Shown: piece by piece, positions 50,111 to 63,800 of the stretch
Layout of the letters: every line of letters begins with the position of its first letter
Numbering within the stretch: the stretch's first letter is position 1
Source of the DNA: Octopus sinensis
Lineage: Eukaryota
Length of the DNA stretch: 64,000 nt
Reading direction: 5' to 3'
NCBI RefSeq assembly: GCF_006345805.1
Contig: NC_043013.1
Location: 40,982,001 to 41,046,000 of the forward strand
Program-made: the position numbers and the translations under genes
Notes under the pieces: generated by a model
What the model saw: the letters and a program-made list of their open reading frames with translations, nothing else
Databases searched by the model: none
Told to the model about the DNA's origin: nothing

Positions 50111-51149
50111 AACCAGAAGTACTATGGTTCATTAGAAAAGGACAACTGTGTCTGATGAGTGACACACACTACTCATCTGACGAATATGAAGAAAACTTCA
50201 CAGAATTTTGTCATGTCCCACACATAAGGTACAAAGGAGTATTCACATAAAGCAAGTATCATACAATTAACATCTTCAAATGAAGCCAATTTCAAAAAGC
50301 TACAGAAAAAAAGAATAGGACTACATCAATCTCAACAAAAAGCCACATCCAATATAGAATAAATCCAGTTAAAAATACTACTACTACTACTACTACTACT
50401 ACTACAAACAAGCAGATGTCATTAGCCTCACAGACATCATTTGATGTCCATTGTTCATGCTGGCATGGGTTGGACAGTTTGACTGGGCTGGCACATTAAA
50501 AGGCTGTGCCAAGCTGCAATGATTTGGCACGGTTTTCTATGGCTGGATACCCTTCCTAACAGCAACCACTCCGAGAGTAGAATGAGTGCTTTTACATGGT
50601 GCCACCGGCATGGGTGGCGTTTGTGTGGCACCGGCATCTGCTGCAACTGCAATTTTGTTCAGCTTGATGGGTCTTCTTAAGCACGGAGCAATAAAATAAG
50701 CAAATGCAACAACTGAAGTCAAAAATTAAAGCTTCAAAAGTGAGGGGGATCATTTTTAAAGTTTGCATGGGAATATACCTGTATGTATGGGAATATATCC
50801 TTAGTGTCCTATATAAAGGCAACATCAATTATTGACCACACCCTTGATATCATAACTGGAAATTTCAATAGTGGTGTCAGCACTGGAATAATTTAATTGC
50901 TCTTAGCTTCTTTATACTACAATAGTAACCTATGTACAATTCCAACAGGATCCAGTGATCCATTTTGGAAACTAACGATGGGCTAAAATGGTATGCAATC
51001 ACTATTAATACTCAAATACAAAGTTGTAAGCATATTGTCAGTAATATACATGGAGAAATAAATCAGCAGTCTTCATAATAAATCTGTTTTTAGAATAGAA
51101 CTATTGAAACCTATAAAATGAAATTGCTATGTTTTTAAAGAAAACATTG

Positions 51150-51345
51150 CATTTAGAGAGAAGAAACATGGTCCTTACAAAGTGCCTGGCCAAGAGGATA
51201 GATGACCATGACAGCAGAGCCCTGAAGGCCATTGAGAACATTTGGTTGTGCCACCACATTTCCAATGAAGAGCTGCATGTGTACACATACCAGGCCACAG
51301 TCTCCCATCACATGCACTGGTATGGACATGTCCACCTCTAGCCAG
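51150..51345 (+). mobile_element. RTE/L2-type LINE ORF2 C-terminal fragment
   Basis: VLTKCLAKRIDDHDSRALKAIENIW..HISNEEL..WYGHV. Confidence 0.65.
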
Positions 51346-52749
51346 ATCATCTTCACAAGACTTAATCAGTTTTGACACAGCAGCTATCTTTTACACCATT
51401 TATAAGGGTCCCAAAGAAAGCCAGGAGTATTGTCCTTTAGATTTAAATGTAATTCCACCTTGGTGATCAATGTGTTCTTCTAAGATGGTCTTTCATTTAG
51501 CAACTAAAGTATTAGGATCAATTTGTCTGACTAAATGCTTCAAAGCATGTATTTGATTATTTATTTGTTTATTTCTCTTGATAGTCTTTCTCTATAAATT
51601 TGTCTATCTTTCTCTACAAAGATGCTGTGATATATGTAACATTAGTCGACCGACTAAAGAGTGACCAAATAACTGCTGATCATGATCTTGTACTGGTCTC
51701 CGCCACTGTAAAAGTATTCTTTGAATACATAAGACACCATAAGAATAGTAATTTTACAGCTGAATATTTTAGTAATACTATCAGCATTATAGTAAATCTA
51801 GATGCAAGTACACAACCTATTTTTATTTATCAAGAAATTCACTAAAATGTCTTGTAATGAACTACAAGCATTTTGGGCAAGTGGTTTCTCTACACTCAGG
51901 CCAAGCTTTGCAAGATTATACACAGTTGTAGTCTCACAAGATGGATTGTCCCAGTAATTATAATGGTTACATTATCATACTAATTCTGTTGACCACACTA
52001 ACAGTACATCTGGAATACTCATCTACTTGTACTATAATTCAATGAATAACTGGTTTTGACAAAATATTTCCTGTAGGTTAATCAACTGTACTGACAAAGG
52101 ACCCATTTGTTCCATTAGATTGTCCTCTTTCATATCATTTGCATTTTAGTTACTCATTTCAAAGAGATTTTAGTTCCAAGAAGTTTATATTTTAACTTAT
52201 ATTAATTGATCAAATACAATATACCTGATCAAGCAATGCAGAAGTACCATAATTTTAGTCAACTATTTCGTGGTTAGAAATTAGCTGCTTGTCTGCTAGG
52301 ATTCTGCCATTCTCCGAATCTCTTTGTAACTGGTTTCAATCTCATCTGAGTTGGTCAGAATATTACCAACCTAGTGTTATATTCATTTCTACGTATACAA
52401 GTATAACCGGCTTGTTGTTTAAAATACCTCATGGAAGTCAAATTCCATCCAAATTAGAATTTTTACAACTAGCTCCAGTAGATTATATGTCTGCAATTTT
52501 CAAACAGTACCTTATTGTTGGATAGGTAGGGTTTTGTAATAATACCCTATTATGGGGATGATAATGTTCTCAGTTGTCAAAGGATAATTACCAGCAGTTG
52601 ATGGAATTTTCCTTAGTTGACTACACATTCTCCATCTGTATTTACATACAAGTTTTGTATAACCAGGTTACATGATTATCATTTTATAAAAAGATATGAA
52701 GTGGAATCAACTTGGTAGTAAATGTTTTAAGCTTATATAATGTAAAAAT

Positions 52750-53220
52750 ATAAATTTTATGTCAGGTCACTCCTGAGTGCTACTTCTAACAAGTAACCAG
52801 TACAACCTGTTGCATAGTTGGGTCAGTGGCTAAACAGGCAACCCCACCAAGTTTGCTTAGTGAGGAGGATAATTACTAGAAATCCTGCAGGATAAAAAAA
52901 CAAAATCCATCGAAGGGAAGAGGAATAGCATGTACATATCTATGTTAGTCAAGTTAGGTTTCTTTTTTTCTACTGGCTACCATGTAACTCCAGTACTACC
53001 TACCTAATGAGGACAAACGGTGGTTAGCCTTGGCAGGCAGTCCATCTAGAAGAAAAACTGACTCCAAAACTATCTTCTACTGATACCCAGTTATGAGGAT
53101 TCATGAGTAAGCATCAAAGAAAACTCTGGAGTTGGAGCCCTTAAGGCAGTTCATCGTTGATTATACCTTCATTCTGGCAACTCCTCTGATAGTGCTGTTA
53201 AACTGTAACAGCCCTGCTGT
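52750..53220 (+). mobile_element. Possible RTE-type LINE 5' UTR fragment
   Basis: GGCTAAACAGGCAACCCC and GCCTTGGCAGGCAGTCCATCTAGAAGAAAAACTGACTCCAAAAC resemble RTE 5' UTR motifs as I recall them. Confidence 0.35.
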
Positions 53221-53284
53221 TCCTTTGAACCCAGCAGTATTATAACGATTATAGAAGTGACATAAGAATATTAGCAACAATTGT

Positions 53285-53750
53285 TATATGGGGAAAAGGT
53301 TCTCATTGGCGATGAAAGGAAAGACTATAGGAGTAGTGTGAGACCTGCTATGCTGTATGGGAGTGAGACCTGGTGTTTGAGGGAGAGAGAGATGGCAATT
53401 TTGAGAAGAACTGAAAATGTGTGGTGTGAGGCTGTTTGATAAAAGGAGGACTGAGAACTTGCTAGGGATGTTGGGGTTAGAGGAATCAGTGGAACAGCTG
53501 GCAAGGGCAAATGGAGTGCAGTGTTATGGGCATGTATTGAGGGGGGATGAGGAGCATGTTCTGAAGAGAGTGCTAGAGTTTGAGGTAAATGGACAGTGAA
53601 AAAGAGGTAGACCAAGGAAAATGTGGAGGGGACAGGTGGAAGAGGAGATTGGGAGGGTTGGCCCCAAACTGGGAAAGATGGCGAGATGGTGTGAGAGCAG
53701 TTGTAATGGCATTGAGGTAGATCTGGCTATCCCATTAATGAGGACAAAAC
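53285..53750 (+). mobile_element. RTE (BovB-like) ORF2 C-terminal fragment
   Basis: YRSSVRPAMLYGSETWCLRE..MCGVRLFDKR..YGHVLRGDEEHVLKRVLEFEVNGQ*KRGRPRKMW. Confidence 0.9.
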
Positions 53751-54879
53751 CTGGATTCAAAATGATAGATGAAGAATACAAAATATGCAAAAATATATCA
53801 AGTTCAAAATGACCTTATCCAGCACTGGTTAGTTGTAAACAGGGATCAGCCAGATCAAAAGGCTTCCCCACTTCCCATGCTAAGAGTTATTCTGGAAGAC
53901 TAATACTTCATAGTTGGCAAGATCCAGGATCAAATCCTTGTTAATATAACTGGTATCAATAACCCCACTCACTTTTATGAGGTCATTTGTTTTAATAGGT
54001 AAGTCAGCATTGTTCAAACATACCACTCTAGCTGATGGCTTTGCTGTAGAGAGCCTGCCAAGGATACAGCTGCACTGTATTCTGCAGCGTGAATGGATTT
54101 CTTGTTTTAAGTGATCTGGGATTATTTAGGGAAAGTCCTAATGAAATATAAAAACAAAAATACTAAGAAGCTACAAAATAACGTAGTCAAAAGATATGCA
54201 ACAATGTTGATTTGATACCTACCATGAAGTTTGCATAGAAAAGTTTGCAAATTATAGCAAGAATAAAATCTTGAAAAACCCATTTGAAGAAATTAAATTG
54301 ATAAACTGATTATTTTCTGCTAGAGTTGCTCATATAAAGGAGTTTACAAAATGCAAAAACTTCCTCTAAATCTAGCACTGAAAATTTTAATGAGAAAAAA
54401 ATATAACTATTTGCATTCTTCTCTGCTCCCTAAGCCAATCACTTCAAAGTTTAAAATATTTAAAATCAATTTCAAGGGACAGCACAGACTATAATATATG
54501 TGTATACTTTACTACAATTACATTGCTTTGAGTTTTAACATTGTGTGCAATGGTTTAAGCACCAAGAGAGACTCGTTACACAAACTGTATATATCTAATT
54601 TTTTTTTGTGTGTGCGGGGGGTGGGGCGGACAGGTTAAGCCATAAAGAAGGACCATTGCTATGTTTCTAACATCTGAATCAAGGAAAAGCTATGTTCAGA
54701 TGAATCCAGGTCTGACCACTTAAAGCAGAGTGTTCTCAACAAAAAAAATCCATAGGTATACAAGTACCAATTAAAAGTAACCACAGCAACAAAATTGGTT
54801 GAGTTGGAAAAGATCAAAGATTTTACACCGTGTGTGTGTGTGTGTGTGTGTGTGTGCGCATATGTAGTATAGAAATTGA

Positions 54880-57800
54880 TGTAAAATAGTCTGGAGAGAG
54901 ATTTATCTCTTGAGCTGGAGACAACATTCACAAGTGGTGTGACAGGCGAAAAAGAGCAAACCTATGCCAATTCGAATTGTATTAGAGCAGAAGCGGGACT
55001 GGTTTGAAGTTATTCCAAGTATCTGATAGGGGTACTTATTGCTGATCCCCTTTGTATTGCATCCAGAAGAAAGCAACCCTAGGTTAAGGGATTCAGTGGT
55101 TGACAAGACAAAAAAATTGGTAGACCTGGATTTTGCAGATGATATCACTGTATTATCCGAATAGACAGCGCCCCGCCCACTCATCCCAGATACTGCTCAG
55201 TGATGTTAACACTTCAGCAGGTATAGGTCTCGGCATAAGCACCATCATTTAACGTCTATTGTCCATGCTGATATGGGTTGGATGGTTTGACTGGGCTGGC
55301 ATGAAGGAAGGCTGCACCAGACTCCAGTCTGATTTGCCATGGATTTCTACAGCTAGATGCCCTTCCTAACATCAACCACTCCAAGAGTGTAATGGGTGCT
55401 TTTACATACCATTTGCATGACACCGAGGTGCATTTATATGCCACCAGCATGGGTGACAATTTGTGGCACACCCGTATCTGCCATGACTGGTTTTGCTTGG
55501 CTTAATAGTCTTGGTCATTGCCCCTGAAGCCCAACACTCGAAAGAAACTACCACTACCTCCATTCAGCTCAATGCTCAAATGGTACTCGGCCACCTCGCC
55601 TTTGTGAGGCCTAATACTCAAAAGTTGATTCTTTACCTGTCACCAGTATGGGTGCACTTGGCTCAATGGGTCTTCTCAAGCACAGTGTATCACCAAAGGT
55701 CTTGGTCACTAGTCATTATCTCTGTGAGGCTCAAAGTTTGAAGATCATGCTTTACCACCTCATCCAATACCTGCCAGGGTCTATCTCTACCACAAGTTCC
55801 TTCTAGAGATCAACACCTCTTGACACAGCTGTTCTTGTCCATATGCATGTAATCATGCCAACAACCTCTCTTGCACACATCTGTTTCCACTTATGCATAT
55901 CTTTTCTCTAGCATACTAGCTTCATTCCTATCAAACCTATACATGTCCTCGGTTGTTGTAGCCCATGTTTCACTGCCATGCAGCATAGCTGTTCACACAC
56001 AGGCATCAAAGAATCTGCTTTTCACTGAGAGAGGGCCTTTGTTGTCAGCAGAGGTAGGAGCTCTGAACTTTACCCAACCTAATCTTATTCTCACAGCTAT
56101 GCCAGAAGACGTAAAACATTAACTGGGGGAAAGACTCCACTACCACAGAAACATCAACCAGAAGGAAATAAAAGAGGTGGACATCTTAAACCAATTATGG
56201 GAGCATTATTAGCTGCAATGAAGACCTGGAAGAAAAAAGTCGATTGCACAGTGGGAATGGCATCAGATGCATTCAGTGAGTGGTTAAAATCTAGAACAAG
56301 AAACTAAAATGTACTCCAAATGCAGCTCTATAAAGTGCTTTCCACTGTAGCTGAGAAATACAGTACCTGAAAATCAGTCAAGAAAAATAACTGGACATTG
56401 ATGATAGCAGATGCATCCAGGAAATATTCGACATCAAGAGGAATGTCTATCACCAACAAGGAGTCCAAAGAGCAAAACAATCTATTGTCCATGAACTACA
56501 GGCACTGACTGTTGTCTAGGGCAGGTTATAAGGCCACTGATGAACAGGCTTGCCAACCAAGTCTAAGAAGGAACCCTCTGGTGACAGCCCAAGATGATCC
56601 AACCCTAACTGACCAAGACCTTCAGCTGATAAACTTACAGTGGAGCAATGCACTGAAGATGGCTACTGATTGGATCTTGGAGTACTTTGACCGTAGTATG
56701 CATTAGCCAACTTACATAGACTTAGGTGATCTTAGTGGAAGGGAATATGTAATTATACATAGTGTATGTGTAGTAAAGAGATGGATGTAAAAAACAAATG
56801 TGAAGGGTTCTCTATGGAAGTCCTGCTTATTGAACCATAAGAGACCAACATTCAATCACTAAACAGCACATACTCGACTTCTGTGCATAGCCTTTAATAC
56901 GTTTTATACCTACCATATGTCAAATAAGTCACTATATGGATTAGTATCAGCCATAGATAAAACTCACAGGCCCCATTTTGTTGAACAGATCACCCGGTCA
57001 GTGTACTTTCTATAACCCCATGGGGACATTCTGCATAATATGTCTGAACTTATGCAGGGATATGCAACTGTGTATTGTATCAGAGTTGGCATGTACAAAG
57101 TCTTCTTGCAAAGTCTGGAGGGAGATTTTTGCTCTTAACCTACAGAGAACATTCACAATTGATGTGGCATAGACAAAGAACAGCAAGCCTATGTCGATTC
57201 AAATTGCTGTATAAGAACAGAAGATGAACTGCGACTGGAATGATGTTGCATCTGACAGAGGTTCTTATTGCTGATCCCTTTGTATTGCATCCAGAGGAAA
57301 TCAACTCTGGGTTAAGGGATTCAGTAGTTGACAGGAAAAAAAAAATTGGTAAACTGATTTTGCAGATGACATCACTGCATTAGTAGAATACACATGGCGC
57401 CTCCAGATACAGCTCAGTGATGTCAGTACCAGCATGTATGGGTCTCAATACGAGCACCAAGACCAAAAACATGTTGACTGGGAAACACACTACAGTCTCA
57501 CAGAAACAACCAGAAGGAACTAAAAGAGGTAGACATCTTAATCTAATCATTGGAATTTCATTAAATGCAATGAAGACCCGGAAAAAAAGCCAACTGCAAA
57601 GTGGGAATGGCATCAGATGCATTCAGTGGGCTTAGTCAAGATCTAGAACAAGGAACTAAAATATACTCCAAATGTAGTTCTATAGCCATGTGCTTTACAC
57701 TCGATAGCTGATAAGTAGGACACCAGAAAGCCAGCCAAGAAAAGAAACCAGACATTGTTGATTGACAGAAAATATCTCCAGGAAATACTAGACATCAAGT

Positions 57801-60800
57801 GGAATATCTATCAGCAATGAGGTCAAAGAGTAGAGAGACTACGGTCCAACTACAAGCACTGATTGTGTTGGTTGGGCCATGTAATAAGACCACTGATTAA
57901 AAGACTTGCCAAGGAAGCCCTGAAGACCAAAAACGTTGGTTAGAAAACACAGTAACACAGAAACATCAACCAGAAGCAACTAAAAGGGGTAGACATCTTA
58001 AACCAATCATAGGAGCTTTATCGGTTGCAATGAAGACCAACTTGGAAAACAGCCAATTGCAGAGTGGGATTGCATCAGATGCATTCAGTAGGTTTAGTTA
58101 AGATCTAAAACAAGAAACTTGCTTGAAAAATACTCCAAACTTATTTCTATAACAAGATTCTTTCCACTCTGTAGCTGAGAAGTATTGTACCTTAAAACCA
58201 GCCAAGAAAAGAAACTGCACATTGTTGATTGAGAGCAAATGCCTTCAGGAAATTTTTACATCAAGTGGAGGTCAAAGAGCAGACCATAGCCTACTGTCCC
58301 CCAATTGCAGGCACCGATGAAGATGGTTGGGGCATGTCGTAAGAGCATTGATGAAGAGACTTGTCAAGTAAGCCTTTAAGCAGAACCCTGTGGTGACAGC
58401 CCAAGATTATCTCAAACCAGACAATCAACCATGACCTTCATCTGATAAACGCGCAATGGAACAATGCACTGTATGTGGTTGCTGACTGGGAGTACTTTGT
58501 AGTAAGCATTACCCAGCATGAGAGCACCTCAGTCTACATAAATTATTCTTCAGGAAAATAAATGTGAATTAAGCCTGACTCTGAAGAGCTTGTGTTTGCT
58601 TCTATGCTTTTAAAGCTATTGTGAAAATTCAGTGAGTGTTATGTGGGCACCCCTGCAAATTATGTTGGAGTTCTTGTGAAACCAATTTTGATATTCTTTC
58701 ATAGAGAAGGATGCTTTTGGCAGCAATGTCATTTGCTATGGGACTTCTGGGAGATCATAGACAAGCAGGAGAGTGGCATTTTCTGCATAAATTCAACATA
58801 TACAATGAATGCATAACAATGCTAATAAATCATTTCTTTAAGAGACAAGAAGCGTTTACATGTAATGAGCACTTCGTTTATACAGTTTTGTTTTAACTTT
58901 GAGGTTTTCAACACAGACACAAAGACCTGAAACATGACTAAGAAACATTCCACTATCCCAGAAGCATCAACCAGTAGGAAACAAAAGTGGTAGACATCTT
59001 AAACCAATCATGGGAGCTTTATTAGCTGCAAAGAAAACCTGGAAAACAAGTCAATTGCAGAGTGAGAAAGCATCAGGTGCATTCAGTGAGCTTAGTTAAA
59101 ATCTAAAGCAAACTTCTAAAAATATAAGCCAAATTTAGTTCTACAGCCATGTGCTTTCCACTCGATAACTGAGAAATACAGCAACTGAAAATCAGCCAAG
59201 AAAAGTAATTGGACTTCGTTGATTGACAGCAAATACCTCCAGGAAATATCAGACATCAAGTGGAATGTCTATCAGCAATACGAAGGTCAAAGAGCAGGAT
59301 CTACTGTAACTACAAGCACAGTGTTAGCTGGGCCATGTCATAAGACCACTGATGAACAGACTTGTCAAGGAGAACCCTCTTGGGACAGCCAAAGAGGATC
59401 TGATGTCAGATAATCAACCAAGACCATCTGATAAACTTACAATGGAACAATGCACTGTAGATTTGCCACTGACTGGATCTTCAGAGTTCGTTGACTGCAA
59501 TATGCATTTCCCAACACGAGTTATTTTTCAGGGAATAAATGTGGGTCTAAGCCTCACTTTGGAGAGCTTGTGATTGCCCTTCAAACGAGCCCACAACCTA
59601 CGAGACCTCTTGGTCCACAGCTTCTTCCCCAACCCTACCTCCCAACCTGGATATTTCCCCTGCTCCTGCCCATGCTGCCGCACTTGCCCTTACCTCTCCA
59701 ACACCACCCTCCTCACCAGCACCCTTCATCGACCCTATCGCATCACCGACTCCTTCACCTGCACCTCTACCAATATCATCTATTGCATCTCCTGCTCTCT
59801 GCCATTCTCTGTACATCGGACAAATGGGACGCCGCTTGGCTGACCGGTTCGTGGAACACCTCCAAGACATCTGCCTCGGCAATGGCACCCCGGTCACACA
59901 CCATTTCTGCTGTACCAGTCACTCTTTGCAACACCTGTCCGTGTTCGATTGTCCTTGCATAGAGGCCATCCTGACTCCCATTTGTGCCGTGAACAGGGAT
60001 TAATCTTCTCACTTTGCTCCTTTATGCTATTTGGGTTCAACTCCCCTCTTCATCTAACCTCTTCCCCTCCCTCCTACTTCCTCCCACCCACCTCCCCTTT
60101 CTTGCTCCTACTTCTCTTCACCCTTACTCTGTTCCTACATACCACCTTCCCCTTGCCCCTTCATCATCAACCCTCTCCCATAAGCCCACCCCATCCCATC
60201 TCTCACACCCTCTCCCACATACCCCACCCTCTGCCTACCCACATACCCCAACCCTCAGCCTAACCCACACCATGAAGAAGGGCCATTGCCATGATGTTTT
60301 TAAACATGTAATACAAGAAAGAGTTACCCTCAGATGAATCCTTACCTGAATACACGGAGCATTGCATCCACAGCAAAAGGCATGCATGGACGTATATGTA
60401 CCAACAACTGACTGGAGTTGATTCAACTGTCTTTGTAGTGGTGATCTTAGTGGAATGGAATTTGTGATTATACAATATGTTTAGTATAGAAATGGATGCA
60501 ATATAGACAGCTAACGTTAAGAGTTTACTACAGAAGTCCAGCTTATTGAACCATCAGGTTTAACAAGTGAAGACAACCTGATGTGTACATACAAACTCAC
60601 TGCTGTTATTGGCTGCATGAATGCAAATCAATTACCTCTCAATATAAGTCATTTTCATGTAAACAAAGAGACAGCAGTATAGTTGAAGTAAAGTGCACAT
60701 CTCCTGTATATATTCTATGAGTTTTAATGCTGAAGACTGGTCCAAGCATCAAGAGTCACTCATAAAAGCATTCACAGTAAAGTTATTTCACATCAGTAGA

Positions 60801-63800
60801 TTCAAGGAGTGAGCCACTCAAAATTTGAAAGCTGCTAAGTAACAGGTTCTCTACCTTGAAAATCTGACATGAAGAACATCATAATGGTGAGATAAGCTGA
60901 GAAAAACAGCACCTGAAAACTAGCCCCCCCCCCACTGCCAAAAGAAACTGAACATTGTTGATTGACAACGAATGCTTCCAGGAAATACTAGCTGTCAAGT
61001 GGGGGTCAAAGAGCAGATCAAAATTTGCTCTCCCCCAGTTGCAGGCACTGATGAAGATGGCTGCAGCATGTCGTAAGACCACTGATGAACAGACTTGTCA
61101 AGTAAGCCTTTAAGTAGAACCCTCTGGTGACAGTCAAGATGAACAGACAATCAACCAGGACCTCATCTGATATTCTTGCAATGAAACAATGTACTGAAAG
61201 TGGCTGACAACTGGATCTTGGAGTACTGACTGTAGTATGCATTACCCAACATGAGAGCACCTATATCTATGTAAGCTATTCTTACAAGGAAGAGTTACCC
61301 TCAGATGGATCCTAGTCTGAATACATGAACAGTATTCACAGAAAAAAGCATGCATGGACATAAAAATACCAACAACTGACTGGAGTTGATTCAACTGAAG
61401 GTTTCAGCAGTGGTGATCTTAATGGAAGGGAATATGCAATTATAGTGCTTATGTAAAAGACAAATCTGAAAGGGTCTCTATGGAAGTCTGAGCGAGGATG
61501 GCTTGGCACACATACAAAAACAAAATTTCAAAAGGATCACAATAGTCACATGACCTGAAACGATTCCATTCTGCTCTATGGCTCTGTTGTTGGCCCACCA
61601 TAAAAGACCAACATTCAGTCACTACACAACTTCTGTGCATAGCCTTTGGGAGATACTTAACCATATAGTAAGTATAAAAAGTTACTTAACCATATAGTGA
61701 CTTATTTGGGAGATACTTAACCATATAGTAAGTATAAAAAGTAGACAAAGACAGGTAAAATACACCAACCCATTTTGTTGAACAGATCACCTTGTCAGTG
61801 CAACTGTGTATTGTATCAGAGTTGGCAAAATCTTTCAAAGTCTGGGAGATTTTTGCTATTGAGCTGGAGACAACATTCACAAGTGATGTGGTATACACTA
61901 AGAACAACAAACCTATGCTGCATCTGACGGCGGGAGGGGGTACTTATAGCTGATCCCCTTTGTATTGCATCCAGAAAAAAAGCAACTGTAGGTTAAGGGA
62001 TTCAGCGGTTAACAGGGAAAAAAAATTTAAGACTGATTTTGCAGATGACCTCGCTGCATTAATAGAATACAAACTGGTCCTCCAGATACTGCTCAGTGAT
62101 GTCAGCACTTCACCTATAGGCCTCAACACAGACACTGAGAAGACCAAAAACATGTTGACAGGGAACACTACACTATCACAGAAACATCAACCAGAAGGCA
62201 ATAAAAGTAGAAGACATCTTAAACCAATCATGAGAGCTTATTAGCTGCAATGAAGACCTGGAAAAAAACCAATTGCAGAGTGGGAATGGTATCAGATCCA
62301 TTTAGTGACTTTAGAGTAAGACTCTGGAGTAAGAAACTTGCTTGAAAATTACGCCAAACACTTCTATAACAATGTTCTTTCCACTATAGCTGAAAAGTGC
62401 AGCACCTGAAAACCAGCCAAGAAAAGAAATTGGATATTGTTGACAGCAAATACTTCCAGAAAATACTAGACATCAAGTGGAGGTTTAAGAGTAGACCATA
62501 GCCTACTGTCCACCAATTAAGGCACTGATGAAGTTGGCTGGGCCGTATCATAAGACCACTGATGAACAGACTTGTCAGGAAAGATTTTAAGTAGAAACCT
62601 TTGGTGACAATCCAAGATTATTTCAAACTGGCAATCATCCAAAACCTTCATCTGATAAACTTGCAATGGAACAATGCATTGAAAGTGGCTCCTGACTGGA
62701 CCTTCGAGTATTTTGACTGTAGTAGGCATTATCCAGGCTGAAAGCACCCAAGTCTACGTAAGTTGTTCTTCAGGAAATTAAATGTAGATTAAGCCTAGTG
62801 CTGAAGTGCTTGCAATTGCCTTTTTCTTGTTTTTAAAACTATCATGAAGTATTATATAGAGATAGTGGTTTGTGGTCTCCCAGCAAATTATGCTGGAGTT
62901 CTTGTGAAACCAATTTTGATAATACTTCGTAGAGAAGTATGCTTTTGGAAACATTTGATGTGAGATTTCTGGGAGATCTTAGAGAAACAGAGCAAGAGGA
63001 TTTTCTGCGAAACTGCAACATATACTATTAATGTATAACAATAATAATGCTAATATATCAGTGCAATGTGCACTTTACTTGAATTATGCAGTTTTCCATT
63101 TTTTTTCGTTTTTCACATGTTAAGGCATGAAGAAGGGCCATTGTCATGATGTTTTTAAACATGATACTATGAAGGGTGACCCTCAGATGAATCCTAGTCT
63201 GAATACATGAAGTAGTGTGTCTTCAGTAAAAAGCATGCATGAAAGGATGTAAAAGTACCAACAACTGACTGGAGTGGATTGAACTGAATGTTTTAACTGT
63301 AGTGATCTTAGTGGAAGGGAAAATGCGATTATACATAGTGTTTGAGTAGTAAAGATGAATGTGACGGGTTCTCTATACAAGTCCTGCTTATTGAACCATC
63401 AAATTTAAGGAGCGAAGATGACATGGCACACACAAAATTAATCATGACCTAAAATTAAACACTGTTATGAGTAGAATCTGGTCTGCTCTATGGCTCTGCT
63501 GTTGGCCCACCATAAGGGACTAACATCCAGTTACCTAACAGCACATCCACTCAACTTCAGTGCATAACCATTAATACTTTTTAAACCTACCATATGTCAA
63601 ATAAGTTACTAAATGGATAAGTATTACCCATCAGCCAGACAAAAACAGCTAAAATTCACCGACCCTGTTTTGTTGAGTAGATCACCCTGTCTGCTTTTTT
63701 TCTTATAATCCCATGGGGGCATTCTGTATGATATATGTCCATGAACTTATGCAGAGACACTCAACTGGGTACTGTGTCAGAGTTGGCATGTACAAAGACT

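Noticed and set aside
50150-50195. CTGATGA hammerhead-core matches here, at 16310 and 23333, CTGAGGA at 24773, and in RTE ACTGATGAA codons
   Set aside because: No properly placed GAAA or no stem I/III complementarity.
59570-59962. 130-aa Pro/His/Leu-rich ORF
   Set aside because: Alternative frame of the C-rich GIY-YIG coding strand.
60271-60310. ATGAAGAAGGGCCATTGCC as the Neptune element's hammerhead (also at 63127)
   Set aside because: It lacks the first core C and an adjacent GAAA, and the same motif occurs in an array unit without the PLE.
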